From Antedon mediterranea (taxonomy: Eukaryota > Animalia > Echinodermata), in the NCBI RefSeq assembly GCF_964355755.1, contig NC_092672.1, positions 29,828,437 to 29,892,436 of the forward strand: a DNA stretch of 64,000 bases. The letters run 5' to 3'. Below are positions 37,576-50,421 of the stretch, in pieces. Under the pieces are notes generated by a model, which was not told the DNA's origin, searched no databases, and worked only from the letters and a program-made list of their open reading frames with translations. Each line of letters opens with the position of its first letter. The stretch's first letter is position 1. The translations under genes were made by a program, and so were the position numbers.

Positions 37576-38026
37576 ATGATGTATTTGTTTATTTGTTTTT
37601 GTTTTCTTTTCACCTATTTGAATTCTCATGCGGGTGAGTTGATTCTTATTTTTTTCTTCAAATAGGTAGTACTAATATAAACATTTTGAAATGCTATGAT
37701 AGGCCAACTTGATATGTATTCTTACATCTTCAGATAGGTGTTTTGTGCATTTCAGTCAAAAAGAAACTTGTATTTTTTTCTAAAATGCATTTAAACATAG
37801 TAAACATATATTTAAAAATAATTAATTAATAAAAACATTCCAAAAATTCAATTACAATATTTATGAGAATAGATAATCTATTTAAAACACTAGGCCTAAT
37901 TCATATAGAAAAAAAATATACTTATTGTTGATCACGAAACAAAAAGCTGTGAAGAATTTTAACGGAAATAATTTGTCAAATATTGAGACAGATTTAATTC
38001 GCAAGTACTACATAGCAGTCTGGTAA
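37576..38026 (+). pseudogene. Copy 5: collapsed relic (exon 1 and part of intron 1 fused to the 3' part of exon 6)
   Basis: Exon 1 at 37576-37633. Intron 1 sequence stops at ~37920 and is followed by ATCACGAAACAAAAAGCTGTGAAGAA...TAA (38026). Exons 2-5 are missing. Confidence 0.8.
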
Positions 38027-38393
38027 AACTGTTGTTGTAATTGAATAATAATAAAAGTCAATACAATAAAGTAGAAAAAGAAAGTAAATAATAAGTAAAA
38101 TAATACTAATAAAACAAATAAAGCAATGATTTAACATTTTTTAAATGTTGTAAAAGGAAACAAAGAGCAATGTGTTTATTTTCATCTTTTCAATAACAAG
38201 AATATTCATGTTAAAAATGTTTACATAGTTAGGTAAAAATGTTTACATAATTATTATTATAAAGTGAAATTGTTTACATATTATTAGTTAATGTTTAAGT
38301 AGGCTTAGGTCTACATCATTAGGTAAAACAAAAGTTTACATTTATTAAGTAAAAATAAAAAATAACATATTAGTTTATTTATTAAGTAGAAAA

Positions 38394-38991
38394 AACTCTT
38401 TAATTAGTAACCTTGATATCTCAATAAGAATTTTCTTCTATGTCTGCATGTGCTAAATAATTCGTTTCTTTGATTAAGAGAGCAAATATCAGGCTTATAA
38501 TATAATGAAATATTTCACTTGCAGACATAGGTTGCAGCGTTTACTTATATTGGAATAAGGCCTACATTTGGCTAATACTCGCCATTTAATATTATATTTA
38601 ATGTTGTCATCTTTAAGTTTCCAAACATGTTGGCTAAGCACTGTACTATTTTTATACTTTTCATTACGGAAGGAGCTTGTATGCCCATTGTATCTACACT
38701 TAAAAGTATTTTCTGTCAGTCCAACATATGTTTCAACTTTGTTAGTGTAATTTCTTGTGACAGTGGCCTGGTATACTACACCACTTGTTAAGCATTTCCC
38801 ATATAAAGGGCAAATCAAATACAAATATATAAACTGAAAGATACACAAATTATGATAAATAAGTTAACAAACGTTTCATAACTAAACGACTTTTTTTATT
38901 AAACATGTAAATATATATGAGATTCTGTAATTGTTGTTTATGTATAACATTGAATGAATAAAGGTGGTAGTTAACCACAAAAGAAAAAAAA
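38394..38991 (-). mobile_element. Insertion carrying a Penelope-like (Neptune-type) GIY-YIG endonuclease fragment
   Basis: ORF 38495-38848 reads CPL.GKCL..GVVYQA..TYVGLTE..FK.RY..H..SF..CNLCL, followed by degraded STCRH. Flanking duplication AAGTAGAAAA at 38384-38393 and 38992-39001. Confidence 0.8.
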
Positions 38992-39469
38992 AAGTAGAAA
39001 AGTTTTACATTAATTTTACTATGCTTTAAGAAATTACATTATATTTTCGCCTAGACTGTTTGATTCACAATATCACGATAGAACTTGCTATATTGTGATT
39101 CAACTTTGACAAAACTTTATTCTGTTTTGAACTCGTCGGTTGTAGAATATAATTTTAAATAAATTTAATGAAAATAGTAAATAGGTCATTATTGACAGGC
39201 TAGCTAATTAGACTACGACAATCCATCGAGATCAATGGCGATGTTTTAATATACAGAAGTCTTATGCGTTGCTGAAGTAAAATTTCTATAACCCAAGAAT
39301 AGTTACTCAATTATTTAGTGAAGCATCCATTCATTGACTGCGGCTGTAAGTAACGAAGATTCTAAATTTCATCCGCCAGAGCGCCTCTTAAGTTTACGCA
39401 TGTGCACTTAATTCCTATAAGTAAACTATCTTAAACGTTGAGGGCACTTTTGGAACGTGGTTCTTCCAA

Positions 39470-41253
39470 TAAAAGAATAGATAGAGTTAAATCGACTAAA
39501 TTCCTTGGAGTACATATTGATGAATTTCTCACATATTATAAGAATCACATCAATGTTACAGCTAGGAAAATATCTCGATATGTAGGCATACTATATAAAG
39601 TAAGACATTTTTTACCAACCTATGCTCTCTGGACAATATACAAATCACTCATTGAACCAGTATTAAATTATTGCAACATACTATGGTGTAGTACATTTCC
39701 AAGTTATCTAGATGAGTTAGTTATTTAAACTCCAGAAAAGGGCATTTCGAGCTATAACATGGTCATAGTTTAATGATTCAATGACTGAATGTTTCTATAA
39801 ATTTAAACTTCTTAAAATTGCGGATATCAATAGGTACCAAATTGAGCTTTTCATGTATAATGTTACTACTAATCAGGACGTGCGTTTTTCATCGCTCTTT
39901 ATTAAAAATGGTTCTTACCATTATTATAATGTAAGTAAACGTATGGCTTAAAGCAAATAAGCTGTTACTGAATGTCAGCAAAACTAATTACGTTGTTTTT
40001 AGAACTACCCAAAAGAACTTTGACAAAAACCAGTTTAAAATAAAAATGAATAATGTGTTATTACATAGAAAAGAAAATGTGACATTTCTAGGTGTAATTT
40101 TAAACGAAAATCTTAACTGGAAACATCACATACAGCTTATTAGGAAAAAAATGTCTAGGGCAATTGGTATACTTTTAAAAGTAAGAGAATTCTTTCCTCA
40201 TAAAGTCCGTATTAGTCTTTATAACACCTTAGTATTACCTCACCTTCAGTATGGTAACTTAATATAGGGAAATACATACAAGAGCAAATTAGAAGTAATA
40301 CTAAAACTCCAAAAGAGAGCAGCTGTAAAATGCATTACCTTCTCTAAATCCAGACAAGCCTCAGAGCCACTGTTTAAGAAACTAAAAATAATAAACGTTT
40401 ATGATATTTACAAAGTAAACGTCATAGGATTTATGGCAAACGTAAAATTCAATGAATTACCACATCACATTTTAAATATTTTTAATTACTGTGACAGTAT
40501 TAGGCCTACTCATAACCTCAGAACAGAAACTGAATTCGAAATTCCCTTCACAAGACTAACTTGCAGTCAACAGTTTATACACATATATGGACCAAAATTG
40601 TGGAAAGAATTCACTTGTAATGGTGGTAATAAACCGGTTATCTTAAAGAAACAAAATAAATGTATAAAAAAACAGGTCAAAAAATACTTTTTATCACTCT
40701 ATGCTGATTAACAACACCTTTGTTTATTTAAGTTCTATATACTTGTTCTTATGTAAAAGGGTCCTACAAAAAAACGAAGCTACAGCTTTTTTATGCAGGA
40801 TCCCTGTTTTCAGTTGTACTGTAATTATGATGTACTGTAATTGATGACTAAATAAATGTGGAATAAATAATACAAGATCTAAAGACAAAATGAGATTAAG
40901 AAAACGTAATCGTACTTCCACTAGTTTTACTGTGTCATGTGTGGGACCTAAATTGTGGAATGACTTGAATTACGAACTACAAAGTACCAAATCAATATTT
41001 ATATTTAAATCATTGTTTAAAGAACATTTATTATCATTTTACAAATAATTTTAAAATAATACTTGTTGCAGGATTTAGCTTTTTTTATTATTTATGTTTT
41101 AGTTTTTAGGCTAGTTAGGGACGTAGGGGGACACAACTAATCAAGCTCTTTTGAGTTTTTATGTGTTTCCTTTTCATCTTTTTTTTTCTATGTTCTCATA
41201 TATTGTTGTATATTTTCATGATTGATGATGAATAAAGAATATTTGAATTTGAA
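39470..41253 (+). mobile_element. 5'-truncated L2/CR1-group LINE (outer element, split by a nested LINE)
   Basis: KFLGVHIDE..YCNILW..HYYN (to 39930) resumes as TRSKD..GPKLWNDL..FK (from 40872), then a 3' stem-loop and (TTTGAA)n tail. Confidence 0.8.
39931..40866 (+). mobile_element. Nested 5'-truncated L2/CR1-group LINE
   Basis: WLKANKL.LN..KT..FLGVIL..L.WK.HI..LQYG..GPKLW, stop at 40711, 3' stem-loop and AATAAA tail. ATAAT is duplicated at 39926-39930 and 40867-40871. Confidence 0.8.
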
Positions 41254-41588
41254 GGTCACTGTGTGTTTTTAAATTATGCATTTAAATAGTTAATCAATAT
41301 TCATTACAATCGGTAATCTATAGTTTTGCCTCAAATATGAACAATTTAAATTTTTACATTTATGATCAAGTTTTGTTCACTATAAATTTAAATTATTATA
41401 TTGTTAACACATCATGCATACAAACGTTTGTATTGTTTTAGTGTTACATTAAAAATTATTTTAATATGTATGCAAGCGTAGTAGGATTACAATGCCAGTT
41501 TATTAACAGAAAGAATGTAACCAACATACATACTTCGGAAATAGTAACAAGTCAATCCGTTTTACAAGAGAAAAACTTAATCGAACTC

Positions 41589-44500
41589 ATGATGTATTTG
41601 TTTATTTGTTTTTGTTTTCTTTTCACCTATTTGAATTCTCATGCGGGTGAGTTTATTTTAATTTTTTTCTTCAAGCAGGTAGTACTAATATAACAATTTT
41701 GAAATGCTATGATAGGCAACTTGATATGCATTCTTACATCTTCAGATTGGTGTTTTGTGTATTTCAGTCCAAAAAATGTGTTTTTTTTGTGCTAAAATGC
41801 ATTATTAAAGCACAGTAAACATATATTTAAAAATAACTAATTCATAAAAACATTCCAAATTCAATTACAATATTTATGAGAATAGTAAATAATGTATTTA
41901 AAACACTAATTCATATAGAAAAAAAATATAATGTAATATTTATGAGAATGTTTATTTTCGTGTGTTTAAAAAATGTATGTAAATATTATTATGATATTTG
42001 CAGTCTTCTGCTTTAAAATATAATGAATATAGTTCTTTGAAAGAGAATGAAAAAAAACGGTCTACATAATTTTAGATTCTTTTCTTTATTAAATTACATT
42101 TTTCTTATGTACAATTTTTAATAAACGTATTTGAAAGAAATATAAAACTAATAATAAATTTAAGATTTATAGCTAATAGAAAAGAATTTTGGAACGACGA
42201 TAAAGGAATGAACATATCGCTACTTTTTAAAGAATCATTATTTGTAACCAATTAAATCAAAATAGTAGATTTCTTATCTCATTTATGATTTACTCATATC
42301 TTATGGAAAGCCTGCAACATCATTGTCTGTATATCAAAGTTTTCTACCTGTATATTTGACTGACGGGAAGGAAATAGAACCAGGCTGTTTCCATTCAGGT
42401 GATATACTGTCTAGGCCACCGTAATCTAAAATAAATAATTATGTACAGCGATCCATATATGGTTATACCATGGAGAAATAAGTTATATTTCTCCATCCAT
42501 GGTTATATACGAAATTCGCATGGGTTAGGCCTATTTGGTTTGCGCGAGATGAACATTGATACAAATGCCAACAAAGGGATTTGGCGTTTTTTCATCGATT
42601 TTGGCATAAAACTTATTCCATTCGTGAAACTGTAATTCAGCTATTCAAGTGTCAAGAATTGCAATTGAGGAGATTTTATTTTCGGGCTATACTGGGCCAC
42701 AGAAATATGGCGAATATTTACTATTGGCCGCCTTGGCTATATGCTATTTAGGGCTATAACTTTACGTAAACAGATACAAATTCATAACATAAATATTTAC
42801 ATTTTTTAAATCACAAACACAGGTTGGTGAGTGGCTGAAAGTTGATCTTGGAGCCGACTATACGATTACAACAGTGGTCATCATTAATAGAATAAGTAAA
42901 CTTATTTATCGCAATTAATAATGTCATTTTCACCTTCCATTCCACGTACAATTATCATTTTTATACGTATTTAACTTATCATTTTACCTAATAACATATA
43001 AAAATAATATAATATATTATAAATAATATATAAATATATAAAACAATATTATTGTTTTATATATTTGCACATTCTACCAAAGTAGTTAAGGCACTTGTGG
43101 AAAACAAAACAAAAATTACCAAATCTAGTCAAAACTCCACATAACTGCTTTCCGTTTACTATAGTACAAAACTCACATTTGTTTGTTAGTTATGTGAGCG
43201 TCTCACTAGACAATACAAATCAGTAGGGTGGGGACGGACGCATTTTGTATAATTATTTGTACTCTATGAAATGATGACTTTTTGGCTTTTCCTGTTGTTG
43301 TTGCCGCCAAACAATGGGCCAGAATTCATTTATGACTTTGGTTTTTTTTCTCCTTCTTTCTTATAGCCCACTTTTATTCATTCTTTCATATCCTAACATA
43401 ATAATTAGAATTCTCCCTTTATATAAACCATTATTATCTAACATATTTAACATTTGTCCACTTAAATTATTTATGTCATTTTCTGAACAAACAAGACTTA
43501 TTCAAATTATGTGTCAAATCATGATTTTACCAACAATTCATGACCAAAGAATATGGGTGGTTTATTATACTTTGTGATGTATCATTCCTTAACCAGTAAA
43601 ACAATTTCGTCAATGGATTTGGCCCACTGTGTGCCGCAGTCATTATTGATCGTTATGTTATTCATTTTTTATCGTTACGGTATCATTATCGATCGTTACG
43701 GTATCGTTATCGATGTCACTATCACTATTGATATCAATATTATTATGATCATCATTACTTAAATCTTACGTACATCTTAACTTAATTAAATATTTCTAAA
43801 CAGCTCCATCTGATTTTAACAATGAACGAATTGCTGGTGCTGTGGTAACTATTAAAACGGATGATATGAGTACAGAAACCACGTGTGGTCATACTGTAAC
43901 AATTGCCGATTCGTTACGCGCTCCATTGATTCAATTTACCTGCAACCCACCAATCAGAGGACGCTACGTGAAACTATGCTTTCCGAATAAAAAGAAATTC
44001 ATTACCATTTGTGAAATTAAGGTCTACACAGATGATTTAAGCCAAGGTAAGTTGTTAGATAAACCTTTTTTTTTAAATAGTAGGCCTATTATTAACTTAT
44101 CTTTGTATTACTTCTTTTTCAGTTTTAATAATTTAGTTATACTCATGTACGACAAGCCAATGTACAGAGACGAGAGTGGGAAAAGATTTTGCACTCTTAC
44201 CATAATGTTATAACTTGATATAATATATTTCAATAAACACAGAAAACCGTTAATAATTTGTTCATATGATACCAAAATTAGCCTATTCTACGTAGGTCAT
44301 TTGATGTTCTAAATTTTACAGAGCCTCAGTGTGCGACTCCAATCCAAGTCAGTCCATTGAACAAAACTTTCCATTTACAAGACATATCTGGCAATGGAAA
44401 TTACTTAAGTGGATCGCCTGATATAGCATTTACTACTGGTATTTATGGCGAGCAAGATGGAGCAGTATTGATAAACAAAGATATTGGTTCGCAAATAACA

Positions 44501-46890
44501 TTACTCTATGGACACAAAGGCCCAACTTTTACATTGGCTTTCTATGTTTTCATGAACGACAGTTCGAAAAAGGCCTTCGTTTATTCCGACTCATTTGAAA
44601 TTATATTTGCGTTTCCTGTTGATCATCTGTTTCATGTGTCAGAGGTAGCGGTTAATTACAACTTGTATGGTGAAGTTATTCGTTGCCATGCCTTGCGTTC
44701 TGAAGAGTGGACATTCTTTGCTCTTACATTCAACAGATTCGAAAGAAAAATACGATTTTGGCGAAACGGGGAGATTGCTTGTATGGCTGATACGGAATTC
44801 TCGGAAATCAATTTTGGAAGCATTGTGTTTGGTTGCGACGAGAGTGTAATGAAGATGGCCAAGCTACAGGTTTACCGTGAGAGCCTTGATGAATATGAGA
44901 TCAAAGAAGCGAGAGACCTGTACAAGGTTATTAGGAGTAAGAATTATTGTCTTTAGTAAATAGACATATACATCAGTTAATGATTATGATTATCAGTTGA
45001 AATAATTGTAATCATCATCATATTCACTATCAGTGTCACCATCATCATCATCATCATCATCATAAATGTATTCATTTTATTTATTGTTTTGTTATCGTTA
45101 TTATCAACAAATATATTCATTGTAGTCTTGTTGTTTCTGGTGTTTAATAATAACAATAACAACTTTATTTAAAAACGGATGCAACACTTGAATCACCATA
45201 TTGGTGTTTTTCACAAGGCCGTTACTTACTACAAAACTATTTATACTATTACACAAGTTATTAATTACAGTACAAAAACAACAACAACAAAAAAAAAAAA
45301 AAAAAAAAAAAAGATTTCATGAAAAAATATAGAGTTTCAAGTATATTTTATCTTTGGTCATTTATCATTTTTTTAAATATATGTATATTAGGAGCTGTAA
45401 TTGCATTTGAGTTTATAGCATTTAAACTATTCCATAGCTTTGCGCCAGAATACGAGAAACTTTTCTTTTTATACTCAGTGTTTGCCTTATGTAAACTTAG
45501 AATATCTTTTGATCTAGTATTATATGTTTGTTTGCGTTCATAGAATCTGTTTCTTAAGTAGGATGGTGTCAAGTTATTCATTATTTTATACATTGTGACT
45601 GCTTCGTTGTAATATTGTTTTTCTTCTAAATTAGGCCAATTTAAATCTTTGAGCGCCTGTGAGCTAGAGTCATACCTAGATGTATGTGTAATTATTTTAG
45701 CCGCTCTATTTTGGAGTACTTGGAGTTTATATTTGAGGGTTTGGTTACAACGACCCCATACTACATTGCAGTAGTCAAAATGGTGGGCTATGATAGATTT
45801 GTACATTAATGACTGAATATTTTGAGGGAAAATATTGCTGCATTTTTTTAGATAGTACAGACCTGATATTACTTTATTTTTCACCTGATCTATTTGTTTA
45901 TGCCATTTTAAATTTTCATCGATAATAACACCTAAATGTTTACAGTTATTTACCTTTTCAAGTTTTGTACCGTCTATATTAATATTAATATCCATGTTAA
46001 TCAATTTATTTAATTTTTGATGTGTTCCTAAAATTATATATTCAGTCTTTTTAATGTTTAGACTTAATTTGTTACTTGCTAACCATAGTTGTACATGTTT
46101 TAGATCAGTATTTACTTTGCTTATTATATCGTGTATGTCTTTAGATGCATAATATAACGCAGTGTCATCTGCGTACATGCTTACATTTACATGAGAAACT
46201 GAGTTAGGTAGATCATTAATATACATGATAAATAGAAGGGGACCTAATATTGATCCCTGAGGGATTCCACAAACACTATTAGACTTTACCGAATCAACAT
46301 TGTTAATATTAGTAATATGTGTACGATTTGTTAAATAATTTTCAAACCATTTGATAACATGATTAGCAAAATTAAAATTGTGTAGTTTTTTTTATTAGTA
46401 TCTGGTGATTAACAGTGTCGAAAGCTTTTTTGAGATCAAGCATTATTAGTCCTATGTATTTACCATAACGATCCTTTTATGCATATTTTTGTATCCTTTC
46501 TAAAATTAGTACTATAGTTTATAGTAAGGTATTTTCTAATAACAATGCTGTTTTACTGTCGCCTTTGTCTTTTTATTCGGACTTAGAAGTAATATACATT
46601 TTTATTATTTTGCAGGTGATGAATGCTCGAAACCAAACCTTTTCCACGTCCACGTTTCCACAACTGGAAATGCGCCACCATCGGTTATAATCCATTCTTC
46701 TACACACTCGGAGGTCTTCTGCGTATTGAGATGTCGCAGAAACATAAATTGTTTTGGAATTATTTATACTCATGAAACACAAAGCTGTGAAGAATTTAAC
46801 GGAAATAATTTGTCAAATATTGAGACAGATTTAATTAGAAAAAATTTTAAAAAGTACTACGTAGCAGTCCGGCAAAACTGTTGTAATTGA
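41589..46890 (+). pseudogene. Copy 6 of the lectin-LamG-PAN gene; acceptors of exons 2 and 3 lost (pseudogene or exon-skipped variant)
   Basis: Exon 1 41589-41646; exon 2 remnant ~42292-42398 with the acceptor deleted; exon 3 42812-42895 with AG>AT. Exons 4 (43804-44046), 5 (44322-44936) and 6 (46616-46890, extended C-terminus) are open. Confidence 0.75.
45146..46463 (-). mobile_element. 5'-truncated L2/CR1-group LINE in intron 5 of copy 6
   Basis: DLKKAFDT..GIPQGSILGPLLF..YADDT..LGVIID..DYCNVVW..LQNRAA..LWNSL, with a (TTA/TTG)n tail on the - strand. Absent from paralogs; no clear TSD. Confidence 0.88.
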
Positions 46891-49182
46891 ATAATACTGG
46901 AAATAAAAAAGTCAATACAATAAAGTAGAAAGTGAAAAACAAAATAATACTAATAAAACAAATAATAAATCAATGATTTAACATTTTTTAAATGTTGTAA
47001 AAAGAAACAAAGAACAATGTTTTGATTTTCATCTTTTCTATAACAAGAATATTCATGTTAGTGAGTAAACAATTTTTACATAATTAGGTAAAAATGTTTA
47101 CATAATTAGGTAAAACTGTTTACATAATTTGGTAAAAATGTTTACATAATTAGGTAAAAAAGTTTACATAATTAGGTAAAAATGTTTACATATTATTATA
47201 AAGTTAAATTGTTTACATATTATTAGTTAAAGTTTAGGTAGGCTTATGTTCACATCATTAGATAAAACAAACGTTTACATTTATTAGGTAAAAACAAAAA
47301 AAGAACATGTTACCTTATTTATTAAGTAGAAAAGGTTTACATTTTTTACTATGTTTTAAGAAATTGCATGATATTTTTGCCTAGACTGTTCGATTCACAA
47401 TATCGCGTTAAAACTTGCTCTTTTGTGTTTCAACTTTGATTAACTTTATTCTGTTTTGAATTTTGTTGTAGAATATAATATTAACTAAATGTAATAAAAA
47501 ATATAGTAAATACGTCATTATTGAGAGGCTGTAGTACTACGTAGCAGTTCGGTAAACTAATTGCAAGTTTAAAATTGTGATTTAGGCCTACTATTACCGA
47601 AAATAGAGTAAAGGGCTACATGGCTTTCTCCCTCCCTAATGTGCAAAAAAGACATGGTAATTTCATTTACTATTTTAAAATATTTTCGAATGCGGAAGCA
47701 TTGATACAAATCAAAATTGACTGGGAAAATTAAACATCACAGATCGCTTTATATTACCGATACCGATTTAATATTTGGGATGATTTAACATTTGGGAGAG
47801 GAGAAACTCTGTCAAAAGATTATTAAATTAAATTATTAAAATTATTAAAATATGTTCTTGCTCAGACAATTACCTTTTGATAACGTCATCACGTCTACAA
47901 ATTTGATTGACCTTGGTAACGTAATGTCACGTGTATTTTGTATAGAAATATTATATTATTATGAATGGTTTATTATTCTACGTGTCATTCAAAGTATATT
48001 GCGCCCCCTTTTGCTCTTATAGCTGAATTGTATTATCATCAGAAAAATAAAATAAAAAAAAAACATAACCTGACTTGGCATAAAGAAATATGGTAAAATG
48101 AATTGTATTATGCTGGACTCTATAACTAAATAAAGTTTAAAATGAAACTAATAAAAATAGAAGAAGACATAATAAAATAAAATGATAATAATAAATAAAT
48201 AATGAAATCATAATAAAAATAGAATAATAAAACAATTAAAATACATATATAGATATATATATATTTATAAGCACATCAGGCACAGAAAAAGAAATAACAA
48301 TAAAAATAAAGGAATCAAAATAAAAGAAACATGAGACAGACAGCAAATATTTCATGACAGTTTCAAAGAAAGGAAGTTGTTCATGTTAATTCTGACTAAA
48401 TGAAATGTTCAGTAAATGTATTCAGTAAACACATTTAAAGTCATTAATTTAAACAATTAGTATTAGCAGATAAATGTGATATTTAAAGTTGTATATTGTT
48501 TGTTATTGCATTAAATTAGATATATATTGTACCACGGTAGAGCTTTAACGTTAACATTTCTATTCTATCATTCACAATTTATGAAACATTATCTAGTAAA
48601 TTGATGTAAGAGTTTGCAAATGACAGTTGTTAGCTGACTAAATAGCCTACAAATTACAACAATATTATAAATCAATCATTTATGTTGGCGGTAGATACCT
48701 TTTGGAATAGTCTACCTGTCGACATAAACATGCTAATACCAGGGAGTTGTTATCTAATACAACCACCATTATTTGAACAGCTTTTAAAAAACTCATCTTT
48801 TCAACAAATATTTTCACCCTCGATAATCATATATCATGTGACCCGTCACTCTCATTGTTTTTTAATTGCTATTTATTTTATTTATTTCATGGATTACATT
48901 TAATTGTATGTGAAGCACATATAATAGGCTTTATCAGGAATGAAATATTAGCAAAAGTCATGTGTAGAAAGCCGAGTAAGCACGATTACTTTGACTTTAA
49001 ATATATAAATTGCTGAAACTTTTATTCGTTAAAAAGTCCACAATTCAGAAATTGTTGAGAATCTATTTATATGGACAATTTTTCCCGTAAATAAAGGTAC
49101 CATACCAGGTTAATATAATTTTATCACCGACATTGTATTTGTCACTATCGTATTCTAACTTAAATCCTAAACTCTAAATGAA

Positions 49183-49390
49183 TGATGAATGCCCAAAACC
49201 AAACCTTTTTCACGTTAAGCCAACTGGAACTGCGCCACCATCGGTTATAAGCCGTTTTTCTACACACTCAGTGGTCGTCTGCGCATTAGAGATGTCGCAG
49301 AAACATAAATTGTTTCGGAATTATTTTTAATCACGAAACAAAAAGCCGTGAAGAATTTAACGGAAATAATACTGAACCAAATTTAATTCG
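49183..49390 (+). pseudogene. Second orphan exon 6 duplicate (acceptor lost)
   Basis: Near-identical to 24362-24570, but the upstream acag is deleted. Confidence 0.7.
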
Positions 49391-50421
49391 TCGTGTTTAA
49401 ATTATCGTGTTTCTTTTTATTTGTTTAATAGTTACGTTACCTTTATCTATTAATGTTATATTATGTTTGTGTTGAAATGAGTACTACGTCCGGTAAAACT
49501 GTTGTTGTTGTAATTGAATAATGCGGGAAATAAAAAAGTCAATACAATAAAGTAGAAAGAGAAAAAGAAAATAATACTAATAGAACAAATAATAAAGTAA
49601 TGATTCAACATTTTTTAAATGTTGTAAAAAGAAACAAAGACAATGTTTTTCTTTTCATCTTTTTTATAACAAGAATATTCATTTTAGTGAGTAAAAAATG
49701 TTTACATAATTAGGTAAAAATGTTTATATAATTATTATTATAAAGTTAAATTGCTTACATATTATTAGTTAAAGTTTAAGTTGACTTAGGTTTACATCAT
49801 TAGGTAAAACAAAAGTTTATTAAGTAGAAAACATTTACATTTTTTACTATGTTTTAAGAAATTATATTATATTTTCGCCTAGACTGTTCGATTCACAAGA
49901 TCACGATAGAACTTGCGCTAGTGTGTTTCAACTTTATTCTGTTTTGAACTCGTCTATTGCAGAATATAATATTAACTAAACTTAATGAAAATATAGAAAA
50001 TACGTCATTATTGATAGGCTGTAGCTAATTAGACTACAAAAATCCATCGAGATCAATGGCCATTTTTTAAATGTAGAGAAGTCTTATGCGTTGCTGTCGT
50101 CAAATAGAAATAAATAGTTAATTAATATTGATTCATTACTACCGGTAATCTATAGTTTGGCCTAAAATATTAACAATTTCTACATTTTATGGTCAAGTTT
50201 TGTTCACTATAAATTTTAATTATCTCTTATCTTTTTTAACACATCATGCATACTCACGTTTGTATTGTTTGTCTTGTTGTTTAAATACGTATGCAAGCGT
50301 AGTAGGATTACAATCTAAGTTTATTAACAGAAAGAAAGTAACAAACATACATACTTCGGAAGTAGATGTTCAAGTAACAAGTCAGTTCGTTTTTTACAAG
50401 AGAAAAAACTTAATCGAACTC

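Noticed and set aside
21745-46782. Repeated - strand ORFs 'MCFMIINNSK...' and 'MAIFITLSSPP...'
   Set aside because: Antisense shadows of exons 6 and 5; the + strand has the splice sites and domain motifs.
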